From assembly GCF_003918875.1 (NCBI RefSeq), contig NW_025767301.1, positions 3,596,001 to 3,660,000 on the forward strand: 64,000 bases of DNA, given 5' to 3'. The number at the start of each line of letters is the position of its first letter. Within the stretch, counting starts at the first letter, position 1. The notes beneath the pieces were generated by a model that ran no database searches, was not told the DNA's origin, and saw only the letters and a list, made by a program, of their open reading frames with translations. The translations under genes and the position numbers were made by a program. Below, in pieces: positions 27,144 to 39,690 of this stretch. The DNA comes from Haliotis rubra. Lineage: Eukaryota.

Positions 27144-27974
27144 CTTAGCGAGGTCTTGCTTGTCTATCAATGATCATGGCCTACACTGGATGTAGGTTCA
27201 GCTTGGATGTAAGGGTGGTTGCACAAGCATTATAGGGATGTATCTAGGGTGTCTAGGAAGTTTCGGGTTGACTTCGGGTTGTTTGTATACAGTGGTGAGT
27301 TACCGGTATGGCTTTAGGGGAAATGTTTCGGGGTTGATGTACATGTGATGTGTGGTGGGGATACTCAAGCTACACCAGCTACATCACACCAGAAACTAAC
27401 TTCACACGTTGTTATCGTGTAGGGCACCAAACCCGTGTGTTCGGCGTCAAATCTTTATCCACTAGACTAACCCACTATCCGACGACGGCGTGCAAATGAA
27501 CAAATTCATTTCAATTAAACACGACCTTGTGATAATTCTAAATTATCTAAACGGTTTTTTTTCTGGTTCACTGATCACCTGATTGTCTGGTTTGTTTACA
27601 GGACGCCGTCGCTTAGGCATATTGTGTGAATGGAAATGCCTTCCCTTTTCGCGAACACCAGGTGTCATGACTGATTTTCAAAGTCAATTCGTATGCTGTC
27701 CACAGCTATTTTCCCGTTTACACCAAACATAATTATTCTGGGTATTCTGTACAGTGATGTTTGTATCTGATTATAGTGCGATAGTAGGCCACTTGTAAAT
27801 ATGTATCCCAAGTTCCAGTTTAAATTAATGCCTGTCAGTGCAACAGGGATGGTGATAGAGGTTGGGTTACATGTCGGGTGTACGGGTGGATATCCAAATA
27901 GGGCACATTTCCAATGTACATCAGTTAGGGTCATAGGTTATACTTCACCCTATAACTTTCAAATTAAAATCCAT

Positions 27975-28098
27975 GTTTAGCAATATTCCAGCAATATCAC
28001 GGCGGGGGACACACATTTTGTACCCATGTGGGGAATCAAACCCCGGGTTTTAGGCTGACGAGCGAACGAATTGACCACTAGGCTACCCCCACCGCCCC
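27975..28098 (-). mobile_element. SINE family A
   Basis: Matches the other copies in this window. Confidence 0.75.
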
Positions 28099-28504
28099 GT
28101 AATCCCACAACGAGGCTTATATTGCCATATATATATAGCTTCAACTTGGTTTTTCTTCTGCAAATGAGTCCCTCGTGGTAGCTACGGTACTGGTCACCAG
28201 TACAGATAGGTAATCGTGGAGTTTGTAGGTCACGTGTTGCTTCCAGTCGCCGATCGCTGACTTCCTTAATACATGTATATGTGACAGTTAGACATATTTT
28301 CTTACGGAGGCAATGCAGGTGTTAATCTATGCTGAAAATGATATGTTCGGCGTATGTATGTTAATCTGTGTGTATATATATATCAACATAATATGCTATA
28401 GACCACTTGTCTGCAACTGGGCGTGAGCGGGTTGTGGTGTATGTGATTACACGGCGACATGCGTATTGCTGGAACACATAGCAGTACATCACATAGCATC
28501 ATAG

Positions 28505-28667
28505 AGGAGGCGACGGGTAGCCTTGTGGATAAAGTGTTCACGCCGAAGACTGGGTTCAATTCCCCAAATGGGTACAACGTGTAAAGCCCATTTATTGTGT
28601 CCCCTGCCATGATATTGCTGGAATATTGCTAAAAACGTCATAAAACCAAACTCACCCACTCACTCAT
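28505..28667 (+). mobile_element. SINE family A
   Basis: Matches the other copies; (ACTC)n tail. Confidence 0.8.
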
Positions 28668-28764
28668 CCTAGCATAACCTGCATCACATGCTTTAACACA
28701 CAACCTGTGTAGGATAATCACCACCAGGGTACAATCGCTTCACGAAATCTTCATGTTGTATAAG

Positions 28765-28945
28765 AGAGTTAGGGTAGTTGGTCAAGCGTTTGCTCTGCAG
28801 GCTAGATTCAGGTTCGATTCTTGCATGAATGCAATGTGTGTGGCCCAGTTTTGCTGTCCCCACGCTCAACCCTCCTCCATGATGTTGCTGAAATGTTGCG
28901 AAAAGCAACATAAATCCATACTCACTCTCCACCTACCCATCCACT
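28765..28945 (+). mobile_element. Degenerate SINE family A
   Basis: GGTTCGATTC B-box and diverged 3' end. Confidence 0.55.
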
Positions 28946-29290
28946 CACGCGCACAGTCGCCATTACCTGCCCCTGAAACAAACAACCGTGTAACGCGGTA
29001 CCTGCTATGTACATGCATCATTAACTTTGAATATACATTAAGCCTGAAATTGACATGAAACACGACATCGATATGGACAAGGTGGCACTCGGGACTCTGT
29101 CATAGCAACTTGCAGCGCGCATGCGTTGAAACATCCGTCGTTGCATCACCGACATGTCATTGACTTGCTGATTTGTGCCTGTGTCAATATTGACAACCGA
29201 TGGCACTCCGCGACTAGGGCAACTGATATCGATTACAATATGTACTCAGGTCGTTTTGTCGTTCCGTACTGCGGGCATAATACACAAAAC

Positions 29291-29416
29291 TCTAGAAATA
29301 TTGTATTAATAGTCTAGAAATATTGTATTAATAGTCTAGAAATACTGTATTAATAGTCTAGAAATATTGTATTAATAATCTAGAAATAATGTATTAATGC
29401 TCTAGAAATATTGTAT
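29291..29416. repeat. 22-bp minisatellite
   Basis: TCTAGAAATATTGTATTAATAG. Confidence 0.9.
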
Positions 29417-29779
29417 CGTGACAATGTGTATATTGATTATAGTCCGTGGTTAAATTGTTGCTTATTTCAAAGGACCTTTTGTGTTCAGGGTAATTAAATG
29501 GTACTTAATTACATCTCAAATGCATAGTTTGTGAAAATGGCTTTTCAGTATTAATTATGAATAATTTTGGCAAGTTTACACATGTTCTAGAAGCGATTTA
29601 TATCGATGTCACAGCTTCGTCTCCTGGGGTGCGAGAGCCCTGTGATTGTGAAGGAATTCCAATTTCACTCTGATTTTGGTAGCTGGTGTGTCTGCATGCA
29701 CTGCAACAACTTTCATCCCACGTCTATCAAGCCGAGATAATTGGAATGCACGTACATACATAAACCCTCGATTTCAAAA

Positions 29780-30420
29780 TTAGAATTTCGTTTTAGTTTC
29801 TCAGTCCACTTGATCAAGTGATACAAAATTCCTTCAGTAACGTCTTATCATGAAACAGGTATGTCATATACGCTTCAGGGTAAAATTCTAATTTTACAAG
29901 ACTTTAATTACTCAAAAAAATGTGAACCATACGTGTGAATACCCACAGGCAAACAGTAAGAGACGGATATCTGAAACCCAGTTCCTTTTACCTCTATCAT
30001 CCAGTTCTTTCAACATGTTGTAACATTGATGTGGATATCTGTTTACACCCATTCTAACCAATTTAATCCATCTGTGTCTACTTAAAACAAACATATTGGT
30101 ACGACCAATTTCGCCTAATATTGCCTTATTCGATGCGAATTTCCCAACACACAGGAAACGTTTGAAATAGGATGTTTGCACCTTTTCAATACAGTCATGG
30201 TATTTAAGGCCCCATATTTCCGATGCATACAACAAATTAGGTGCAATTTTACCATCGGAGATATTACATCGAAAAGGACAAGAACTTGTTGTTATAAAAC
30301 AGTCTGTATACAAGTGCCACGTGACGCTATACTTAGAATAGCTAACTTAGACTGTTAACGCTTCAATATCTATCTCACATTGGTCTCCTCAAATATAGTT
30401 CATGATATTTCGACGACCAA
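29780..30420 (-). mobile_element. RTE-X-like LINE fragment
   Basis: KIAPNLLYASEIWG..IEKVQ..KRFLCV..ILGEIGR..RYPHQCYNML..NWVSDIR, homologous to the element at 56 kb. Confidence 0.75.
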
Positions 30421-30751
30421 GTGGTGCAATGGTGATAAATTGTACTTTTGAATTTTATACAAGTTCATTCATTAAACTGGATGAAGTGCACTCGAGCCGT
30501 TTGATGATAGGTCGCGCAACGTGAATGTGTATTGGTGCACGTGTACTTAGACAACGTGCTGAAAAACTGTGTTTCGCTATTTATGGAAGAGAAGGATTGA
30601 CTCCATGACGCATACAAACTACAGACACAATATCTACAGTTCTGTCTTAATGAATACTTGCAGGTAAAGGCGACACGCCTACGAGACAGGAAAAGTCAAA
30701 GGTAGAGGTAGCTGGAATATAAAGTTATTTGCACTGGCTTACTTCAACGCT

Positions 30752-30900
30752 GGGGGCGGTGGAGTAGCCTAGTGGTTAAAGCGTTCGCTCATCACGCCGA
30801 AGACCTGGGTTCGATTCCCCACATGGGTACAATGTGGGAAGCCCATTTCTGGTGCCCCCCTCCGTGATATTGCTGGAAGATTGCTAAAAGCGGCGCAACA
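30752..30900 (+). mobile_element. SINE family A
   Basis: Full tRNA head and body. Confidence 0.85.
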
Positions 30901-31291
30901 AAGAAAATTTACCTGTCTTTCTATATGCGAGCAAAGCGAGCAAAGGTTGGCAAAATATTTTTTTAAGCGAGGGCAGTAAGTGGCAACCTTTACTCTCTTC
31001 GCTCGCATATATGAAGACTGGTCATTTTCTCTTTGTTGCGCAACCGTATTTGCGCTACAGTTTGCCTGTGAGCTAACTCACTCACTCAACGCTGGTTCCT
31101 ACCAAGTGAAAGTTTACATGTTTCGTCTGGAAGAAGAATGTGTACACACAAGAAGTGGTTATAGGGAGGTGATGTATCTGCTACGGCTATCATAGATGCA
31201 TTTTGGATCTTAGGTTTGGAATGTGTCAGGTAGGGTAATAACATTTGTAATATTTTGCCACATCCAATTTTCAGTTGTATACTTTCTTTGG

Positions 31292-31448
31292 GAGTAAATG
31301 AGTAACTATGGTTTTACGCTGCTTTTGCATCATTATCAAGGCGGAGGACACAGACATCGGCCTCACATCTTTTACGCATGTGAGAAATCGAACCCGGTAT
31401 TCTGCGTGACGAGCGGACGCTTTAACCACTAGGCTATCCCACCGCCCC
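31292..31448 (-). mobile_element. SINE family A (diverged)
   Basis: Matches the other copies. Confidence 0.7.
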
Positions 31449-31703
31449 ATTCTTTCTTTGATCAGCAGTTTATAACAGTATTTTCTTCCTTAACTATCGA
31501 CAGGATAGAATCTGTCAGCTGTTATCAAACCATCAGATCGTTCATTATTAACTCTACTAAGTGGTCGTATGATTGACTCTTGAGTGTCGTGAGTGAGTTA
31601 GAGAGAGTTGTTTCACGTCCCCTTTTCACAATTTCCATGCAATATCATGGTGGTGGAAAACAGGAGGGACCTTCGAGTTTCGACATATAAGTTAACACAT
31701 AAG

Positions 31704-33420
31704 CAGAGGCGGATCCAGGAATTTTCAATGTTATGTGTGTATGGTTCGTTAGGGTAGGTAGTGGTCTAAGGGTTGACATCCAGTATGTTATGTGTGTATG
31801 GTGCGAGGTGTTAGGGGTCGTGGTCTAAGGGTTGACATCCAGTGTGTTATGTCTGTATGGTGCGAGATGTTAGGGTAGGTTGTGGCCTAAGGGTTGACAT
31901 CCAGTATGTTATGTGTGTATGGTTCGAGGTGTTAGGAGTAGTGGCCTAAGGGTTGACATCCAGTATGTTATGTGTGTATGGTTCAAGGTGTTAGGAGTAG
32001 TGGTCTAAGGGTTGACATCCAGTATGGTTCAAGGTGTTAGGAGTCGTGGTCTAAGGGTTGACATCCAGTATGTTATGTGTGTATGGTGCCAGGTGTTAGG
32101 TAGGTCCTGGTTTAAGGGTTGACATACAGAATGTTATGTGTGTATGGTGCGAGGTGTTAGGAGTCGTGGTCTAAGGGTTGACATCCAGTATATTATGTGT
32201 GTATGGTGCCAGGTGTTAGGGGTTGTGGTCTAAGGGTTGACATCCAGTATGTTATGTGTGTATGGTGCGAGGTGTTAGGGTAGGTCGTGGTCTAAGGGTT
32301 GACATCCAGTGTGTTATGTGTGTATGGTGCGAGGTGTTAGGGTCGTGGTCTAAGTGTTGACATCCAGTATATTATGTGTGTATAGAGCGAGGTGTTAGGG
32401 TCGTGGTCTAAGGGTTGACATCCAGTATATTATGTGTGTATAGTGCGAGGTGTTAGGGTCGTGGTCTAAGGGTTGACATACAGTATATTATGTGTGTATA
32501 GTGCGAGGTGTTAGTGTCGTGGTCTAAGGGTTGACATCCAGTATGTTATGTGTGTATAGTGCGAGGTGTTAGGGGTCGTGGTCTAAGGGTTGACATCCAG
32601 TATGTTATGTGTGTATGGTGCGAGGTGTTAGGTAGGTCGTGGTCTAAGGGTTGACATACAGTATGTTATGTGTGTATAGTGCGAGGTGTTAGGGGTCGTG
32701 GTCTAAGGGTTGACATACAGTATGTTATGTGTGTATGGTTCGAGATGTTAGGGGTCGTGGTCTAAAGGTTGACATCCAGTATGGTATGTGTGTATAGTGC
32801 GAGGTGTTAGGGTAGGTCGTGGTCTAAAGGTTGACATCCAGTATGGTATGTGTGTATAGTGCGAGGTGTTAGGGTAGGTCGTGGTCTAAGGGCTGACCTC
32901 CAGTATGTTATGTGTATATAGTGCGAGGTGTTAGGGTAGGTCGTGGTCTAAGGGTTGACATCCAGTGTGTTATGTGTATAGTGCGAGGTGTTAGGGTAGG
33001 TTGTGGTCTAAGGGTTGACATCCAGTATGTTATGTGTATATAGTGCGAGGTGTTAGGGTAGGTCGTGGTCTAAGGGTTGACATCCAGTGTGTTATGTGTA
33101 TGGTGCGGGGTGTTAGGGTAGGTCGTGGTCCGAGGGAGGACTTGATTGTCTTCCATTGATCATTTCTTATTTTGGGTGTAGGTTGAGCTTGGATGTAGGG
33201 TTTGTTGTACATGCATTGTAGGGGCTTATGTAGGGTGTTAGGGGAAGCTTCAGGTTTAAGGGTACACTTCGGGTTGTTTGTATACAGTGGTGAGTTACCG
33301 GTATGGCTTTAGGGGAAAGGTTTCGGGGTTGATGTACATGTGATGTGTGGTGGGGATACACCAGCTACATATGGGGAGTTGTCAGGGAAACCCCGAACCA
33401 CCCCTGTGGATCCGCGAATG
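31704..33420. mobile_element. Non-autonomous TIR element enclosing satellite cargo
   Basis: TIRs CAGAGGCGGATCCA / TGGATCCGCGAATG; ATAAG direct repeat at 31699-31703 and 33421-33425. Confidence 0.7.
31728..33130. repeat. Second array of the 62/58-bp satellite
   Basis: Same unit as 22520-27143. Confidence 0.95.
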
Positions 33421-36400
33421 ATAAGTCGGCCTTAACCACGTGTTTAAGGCATTCATGCACAGACAGTTAGCACAGATGTGAAGATGCATCGTCGACACGT
33501 GATGACGTACACAGTTCGATATTATCAAAAACATATCTTGTCAAAATCTTCACCTACAAAACTGGAACTCAATAATCAGCTCGGCACGGCACCACTCCCT
33601 GTGTATGCGCCCGTTTTAATAACTGTCCGGGAAAACGGTTAACAGGAGTATGGAGTGGTGCCCTTTTATATACATGTATACTTCCTGAAAGAGACGATCT
33701 TAAGTGAAGAGGGTTTACTGGGCGGGGTCGAGGTATTTAGTCGAGGTGGGGTCGTCCTGCTAAGACAATAACTTGTGTTTGCCGAAGTCAAGGGATATAA
33801 AGTAGGTGTAAATTGGACTGTGAGACAGGTAACGATACTTCAGAGGACAAGTCTCTTAAAGTGGGGAAGGGGTCACTGCTATATTGCAATAATAAGGTAA
33901 ACGTTATAAATCCACGTGTTTCTCTCACTCTCAAACAAAAGGTGTTAGCGAGCTCTAAAATTGTTTTCAAGTCCAACAAGTTCTGTAGACATTCGCGAAT
34001 AATTTCGACTAGGCTCTTGAATTCGATGTTCACTCGTTCAGAACATATGGAATATCAAGAAAAACTACAGAACTTGGAATCGAAGAAAAATACAAAATAT
34101 CTGACTGTATTAAAAAACCCACTCGCGGAAAAAAGCCGAAAAGGAAATTCCTTCCTAGAATACTTTAGAATAAAATATGGAAATGTTAATTTCAGTTAAA
34201 GGCATACATGAATACAATCACAAGTATATAGATATCGTTATTCTTCAAAAAGGTTGTAGCATGGTAAAGTGGTAATCGTTTAAATTTGAAAAAGATGTAG
34301 AAAATGCCTTTTAATATTGAAATATTCATAGCAAAGACGGGTAAATATGACCCAAATATTAGTTACTGTTATTCTGTTCTCAGACGTTGTGAGCATATGA
34401 TGTCAGCACAGTACAGTTATACAAACAAATACTTCTGAGCAAAGGAAAGTATTCAATATAAATTACAAATGTTGTTGAAACGTTACTAGGCTGAAACAGT
34501 CGCCGAAATACTGCAAACCTTGTCCGAAACGCAACCAGGATACCCATAACACCATCCAATAATATTTTCTGGTTTGTTTACTATTTTATCCACCAAAAAT
34601 TGTTTTATACGTTCATTTGCCCTGCACTTTAGAAAACAAGGGGAAAATGTAAAGCGCTTTCAGGTGTAGGCTGAACGCCGGACCTTACAAATTACAGCCA
34701 TACCCGCACGCACGGCCGTGTACCGAACACACAAATCACAAGCACATTTCAGCTGCCTCTTACAATGGCCGGCACACAAGAGCCGTGGAGCAGGACGTGG
34801 TGGTTCTATAACGTCGACCCCGAAATACCGGACCCTGTAAATTAGAAACTAATCTATTTCTCGTGTTTGACTTAGGATTTTGACATAAGTTTAGAAAAAT
34901 GGACAGAGGATGTAGTTGTAGAATATAGAAGGAATTAAAATATAATGACAAGGAACCCTGAGACTGACACTTGCATGGGCTTTCTTGGATATATTTGTTT
35001 CAGGGTCTGTATGACAGACTATTACCAACTGTGCTCTTTTAGATGTTATCTCAAGTACTGATGGAAACATGATCTGCCATAATTGAGGGAGTCTTTGGTT
35101 TCGCAGCTTTTATCAATATTCCACCAACGTAACCGCGGTGGGTTGAGCGGGACCACAACTTGTAGCAGTAATGGACGTGGCGGACGCTATAACTACTGTG
35201 CTGCCCACTGCACCCAAAGAGAGAGATATATGACAATGACTCCGGAGATTGTGTACAACATGCACTTGAATTACATTATCCCCAGGCGATACATACATTG
35301 TATGGTGATTGTGCGTCTACACTCTGCGCTGGACTATAATGGACCCTTGTTAAACCGGACAGTGTTGTTTATGATTAAATCCTCTTGATTCTCGTATGTG
35401 GAATCAGGGACCATATAATAGACTCTGGTGTAATGGGGTATTTTCTGCCCCTGCTTATCTATTTTTAGCTTCTTGACGATTATATGTATCAATAAACTTC
35501 AGGACGTGTTTTTCCAAAGTTCGCTATTCTGCCATCTTTTCACTTCGCACATGCGATGTGCATGTTGCTGATGAACATCAGAAGATGCTGTACAGACATG
35601 CGCAGACTGACCCTATCGACCGGAGCCTGCTCCACGCGCCTGAAATAGACATGCGGAGATCGTACAGCACCAGTCATGAGTGACGGCTGACGTGCCTCCT
35701 ACCATCTCAACTCGCTCTGTACTTCGGAGGCCACACTCCGTAGGGTTAGAATAACGCGACCTCTTGAGCATCATAAACTGTTGGTAGCGAGTTTGTGAGG
35801 GTCCAGGGAGCTGTATGTTATTGTTGACAGGTGTGAGCTGTGGAGGTACATACAGTTATACTCCTGTCGAGAAATGAGAGCCGGCAGATGAAGGGGATAT
35901 AGCGTAACGGGGCGGAGAAGAGAGAAGGCTTGATTTCAGTGTGTCGTCTGCTCGGCAAAGTTTGGATGAACTTTTCTAGGTGAGAATGACCCTTCTCCGA
36001 TACACCTACACCCACGCCTCAGCTCATTCTGTGTAGACATTGGCATGTACATGCACGAATATAGAAGACATATTCATTGATACCCGGGCGTGTCTACAGT
36101 TTGATTCAAAGATTGACATTTGAAGATCTGTTATTGAAACGAGTACGCTCGACTTTACACCTTGTGCGTTTACGTTTTTGTGAAGCGAGACACAACTGCC
36201 CTGCTATATTGTTAGATATGTTTGCAATGAAACGTTTGTTGCTGAGCTGTGCTACACCGGCAGTTGGGAGAGAGGCATACAAATCCCAGTGGTGAGGAAA
36301 CCGGTGAAGAGTGAAATATCCTGATCTCTCATGGATCGGACGGAAGCGAGTTACACAGCGAATTAATCTCACCTGGATCTCACCTGGGACGGGTAATTCG

Positions 36401-36738
36401 ATTTGTAGTTGTACAATGGTGGAAATTGACCGAAGGATATAGGATTTGTGTCCAAGGCTCAACGGAACCGTGCAGGTATTACAGAATGCATGCAGATTGA
36501 TCGCAAAGCTACACATGTAATCAGAGACCAACCGTTTACATGTTGGTTTTGATAGACTGGGTGGCTTTTCTGATTGAATAGAAGACGGGACGAGGCCTCC
36601 GGACGATGTGATGTAGGGATCAGCGGTGTGGTAAATGCGGATAGTTTGCACAGAGAATTGTGTTTGCTGTGGAAATTGAGAGGGATTCGTTGACGGTGTG
36701 TGTGTCAAAGGTCAGAACGGTTCGGAAGAATAGGAATC

Positions 36739-37728
36739 ATGGGTTACAGTATCAACAAGTTCGTCAGTGCGGTCGATCCTAACTTGATATGCGGTATTTG
36801 CGGCTGTGTTTTGCAAGACGCTGTGTTGACCCCGTGTGGTCATACATTTTGTTGTCTGTGTCTGGACACCTGGCTCACCAGACCCGGGACGGACACCTGT
36901 CCGGAATGTCGGACTCACGTCGGGGACGACGGGGGCAGCCCCGTCCACTCTCTGCGGAACCTCATCAACGGCTTCGAGGTGGAATGCGACCAGGCAGAGA
37001 GGGGTTGTAAAGTTGTTCTTAAGCTGGACCGTCTCAAGTCTCATCTTGACACGTGTGCGTACTTCCCCGTGGAATGCGCAGGATGCGATGAAGTGATCAA
37101 CAGGTTTGAACTGGCCAGTCATCAGATCCAGTGCGTGGGGATCGCGGCTTCCGTGGAGGAGGGGGAGGTGGACACAACGTGGATTGACCGGATGAGGCGA
37201 CGAAGAGCCACAGAAGCGATCAACAACGCAGAGATAACCGAACTTCTATGCAGGATTAGCTCCCTTGAAATGCAAGTCGCCAAATTTAAACGGGATATTG
37301 AGCTCGCTAATGCCAAAAACAGGATGATAGAGAAAGAATACATTAAGGTGAAGGAGGAACTGAACTGTACCAGACACGAGGTGGTTGAGCTCCAATCCTC
37401 TGACTACGACCCTAAGTACGACTATGGCCACACGCCTCAAAGCATGGCCCGGCTGTCACTACTGATAGCCAAGTACCTACTCCAGAGGCCCAGACATATA
37501 GACAGTGACTACATCTTCTCCGCCGTCAAGAAGTGCTACGAGCAGTACTTCCGCTGCAACAGCGACTTCGAACACGACGTCCATATGCTCCTGGCGACTG
37601 CGTTTGCCAGCAACTGGTTCACGCCGTCTCAGAGATTGAGCCTTGGATGCTGGCTGCAGTGCATTGCCAGATACCGCCATGATACTCGGGATTCAGCCAG
37701 GTACAGCCCGATAGTGATGGTTCGCTGA
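36739..37728 (+). CDS. RING-HC + TRAF/SIAH-type zinc-finger E3 ubiquitin ligase, N-terminus similar to PDZRN3/RNF151/NRDP1; 329 aa, uninterrupted CDS
   Basis: Starts MGYSINKFVSAVDPNLICGICGCVLQDAVLTPCGHTFCCLCLDTWL..CPEC (C3HC4). Followed by C..RGC..V.L..L..H..C.Y.P..C.GC..I.R.EL..H..C, a coiled coil and a helical C-terminus. GC3-rich codons stand out against the AT-rich background; AATAAA at 38043. Confidence 0.9.
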   Translation: MGYSINKFVSAVDPNLICGICGCVLQDAVLTPCGHTFCCLCLDTWLTRPGTDTCPECRTHVGDDGGSPVHSLRNLINGFEVECDQAERGCKVVLKLDRLKSHLDTCAYFPVECAGCDEVINRFELASHQIQCVGIAASVEEGEVDTTWIDRMRRRRATEAINNAEITELLCRISSLEMQVAKFKRDIELANAKNRMIEKEYIKVKEELNCTRHEVVELQSSDYDPKYDYGHTPQSMARLSLLIAKYLLQRPRHIDSDYIFSAVKKCYEQYFRCNSDFEHDVHMLLATAFASNWFTPSQRLSLGCWLQCIARYRHDTRDSARYSPIVMVR

Positions 37729-38042
37729 AGATGAAGATGCAGATCAAGAGGCCATTGTCACCTAGGAACATTGTGTTGATGACTGTGAATGTGCTGTTAC
37801 TGACGGAGGTTCCAAGATTCTGACCTGTTATATGACTGCTGAAATTGGTACAGAGGTCATGTGACTGGCTAAGGTAGCTGCTGAAATAGGTCCATGACAT
37901 CTGGACTTTTGACCATTGCCGGTCAGGTACAGCGAGCATCTCTCGAGTATGGTGAGATGAATTCAGGGATAGGAACAGGTAAAGATGGGAAACGGATCGG
38001 CTGGAAATGACCAGAATGTAGTGAAGCCGATCCAACGAGTCT

Positions 38043-38048
38043 AATAAA
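38043..38048 (+). terminator. Candidate polyadenylation signal of the RING gene
   Basis: AATAAA about 315 bp after the stop codon. Confidence 0.45.
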
Positions 38049-38404
38049 GGGGAATCAGGGATGACAGATGGCGATTCAGGAACGTATCACTGTTCCTCGT
38101 GCTGAACTCACAGATGACTCACATTCACGAAAGACCCACACTGGAGTGGGCAGGCTGCTTGGGTCTCAACAAATGGCCCAAGACGGCACTGATCCAGCTG
38201 TTGAACGAGCTTCAAAGATGAGTACGCGGAACAAAAGATTTACTTGACACGTCCTTCTTCCAACACAGGAACCACAGAGCCAAAAGTCCAGTCAGTGATA
38301 GACAGTCGCTCCTCTGATACTGATTAGCGTTGTTTATGTTTCAACTTGAAGATTTTGTATCTTGCCATTTCATTTATATGCACGTAACTCACATATAATT
38401 GCAA

Positions 38405-38537
38405 TACAATTAAACCTCGTCAATCTGGACAGTCTGTTTTTGTGATCAAAGTGATATAACTCGTATCGGTGGTGTTTGATTCCGTAAATGTGATTATCCG
38501 GATTTTAAAAAGTCCAGATTAGCGGGGTTTCACTGTA
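38405..38537. mobile_element. pogo/Tigger-like MITE
   Basis: TACAATTAAACCTCG..AATCTGGAC / GTCCAGATT..CGGGGTTTCACTGTA. Confidence 0.65.
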
Positions 38538-39479
38538 TATACTAGTAGTTCATTTCGTTGTGTTAAACGTAAACAATCTAGACATGATATTTGGCTCAGC
38601 CAAGCCTCAAAAGTCGTAGTGTACAGGTAAACGCTAGTATATCATTAAACCACAATGTATCCAACCGTTAGTTGTTTAGAAAGTATTAGATCACTGATAT
38701 GATCAGTTGTCTAGGAAATATCATATCGCTTTAAACTGCTGAGATCGCTGAAGCTGCTTAGACCAGCTTAATCTGTTAACCCAGCGCACAATGGAGCTTA
38801 TGTTTTATTTATCGGTTGAATAAGTGCAATATTATTTATTATTCTTTGGTTGTGAGTTTACCATTGACGGCATGCTAGTGTACTTACCCATTAATGCTGT
38901 ATACTAGGTTTTGTCTTAATCTACTTACAATGTTAAGAAACAGTGAGTGTGATCGATAACTAATCGATACTTAATCGGTTGTAACTGATGTATGGTGTTT
39001 ACGCTTCGGGGACCAGTCAACTCACAATGTCACAGAATGCACGAGTGTTTATAAGCTTCCCTGGATACTGTCATTAGCAGTAAAGCCACGATTTATATAG
39101 CGACCTGGTTCGTTCTTTGTTTGGATTATTTGTGTGTCTGTGCGTATGCTCCTTATAATTAAGACTAAAAAGAAGATACTAGATTAAAGTAGTACACAAG
39201 GGTCCTCGTGCTTTAACTATAATAGTTCAGGGCGAAAGTGTGCTTTATTACACTATACATGGTGGTAGAGCGAACTGTAATTGTTAAGTATTTTTTCCTC
39301 CAATATTGTTCCTTGGCTTTGATGGATGTCCTGCACAAGTAACTTAAGAGTCACTCGTAAATATATCATTTTACGATACAATATTTTTTGCTGTATCTAG
39401 GTTTTTTAATAATATTTTCGGCAGAGATACTATTATCGTACCACTACTGATAGCTGTCTCCGCCAACTCGTGCGGTTTC

Positions 39480-39690
39480 GAGTTAGAAATGGTCTTCAGC
39501 AATCCACGCTTATAAGAGGAGACTAACGGGATCGGGCGATCTCTCTGTGACTTGGTTGATACTGTGACATCGTATCTCGATGTAGTAAGCAATTGTTTAC
39601 CTCTGGATTGTCTGGTCCAGATTTGATTATTTACAGACCGCCCTCACGCAGATGGAATATTGCCGAGTGACACGCTAATCACACTCACGC
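39480..39690 (+). mobile_element. SINE family B (diverged)
   Basis: GACTAACGGGATCGGG..GACTTGGTTGA..GGATTGTCTGGTCCAGA. Confidence 0.7.

Noticed and set aside
30752-30830. tRNA gene
   Set aside because: tRNA-like head of a multi-copy SINE, continuous with the SINE body; the same applies to the other copies
33813-34199. 128-aa Lys-rich ORF
   Set aside because: Non-ATG start, AT-rich, no recognisable motifs
36106-36708. 200-aa minus-strand ORF head-to-head with the RING gene
   Set aside because: Non-ATG start and no recognisable domain or codon bias
36712-37680. Overlapping ORFs within the RING gene
   Set aside because: Shadow frames of a GC-rich CDS
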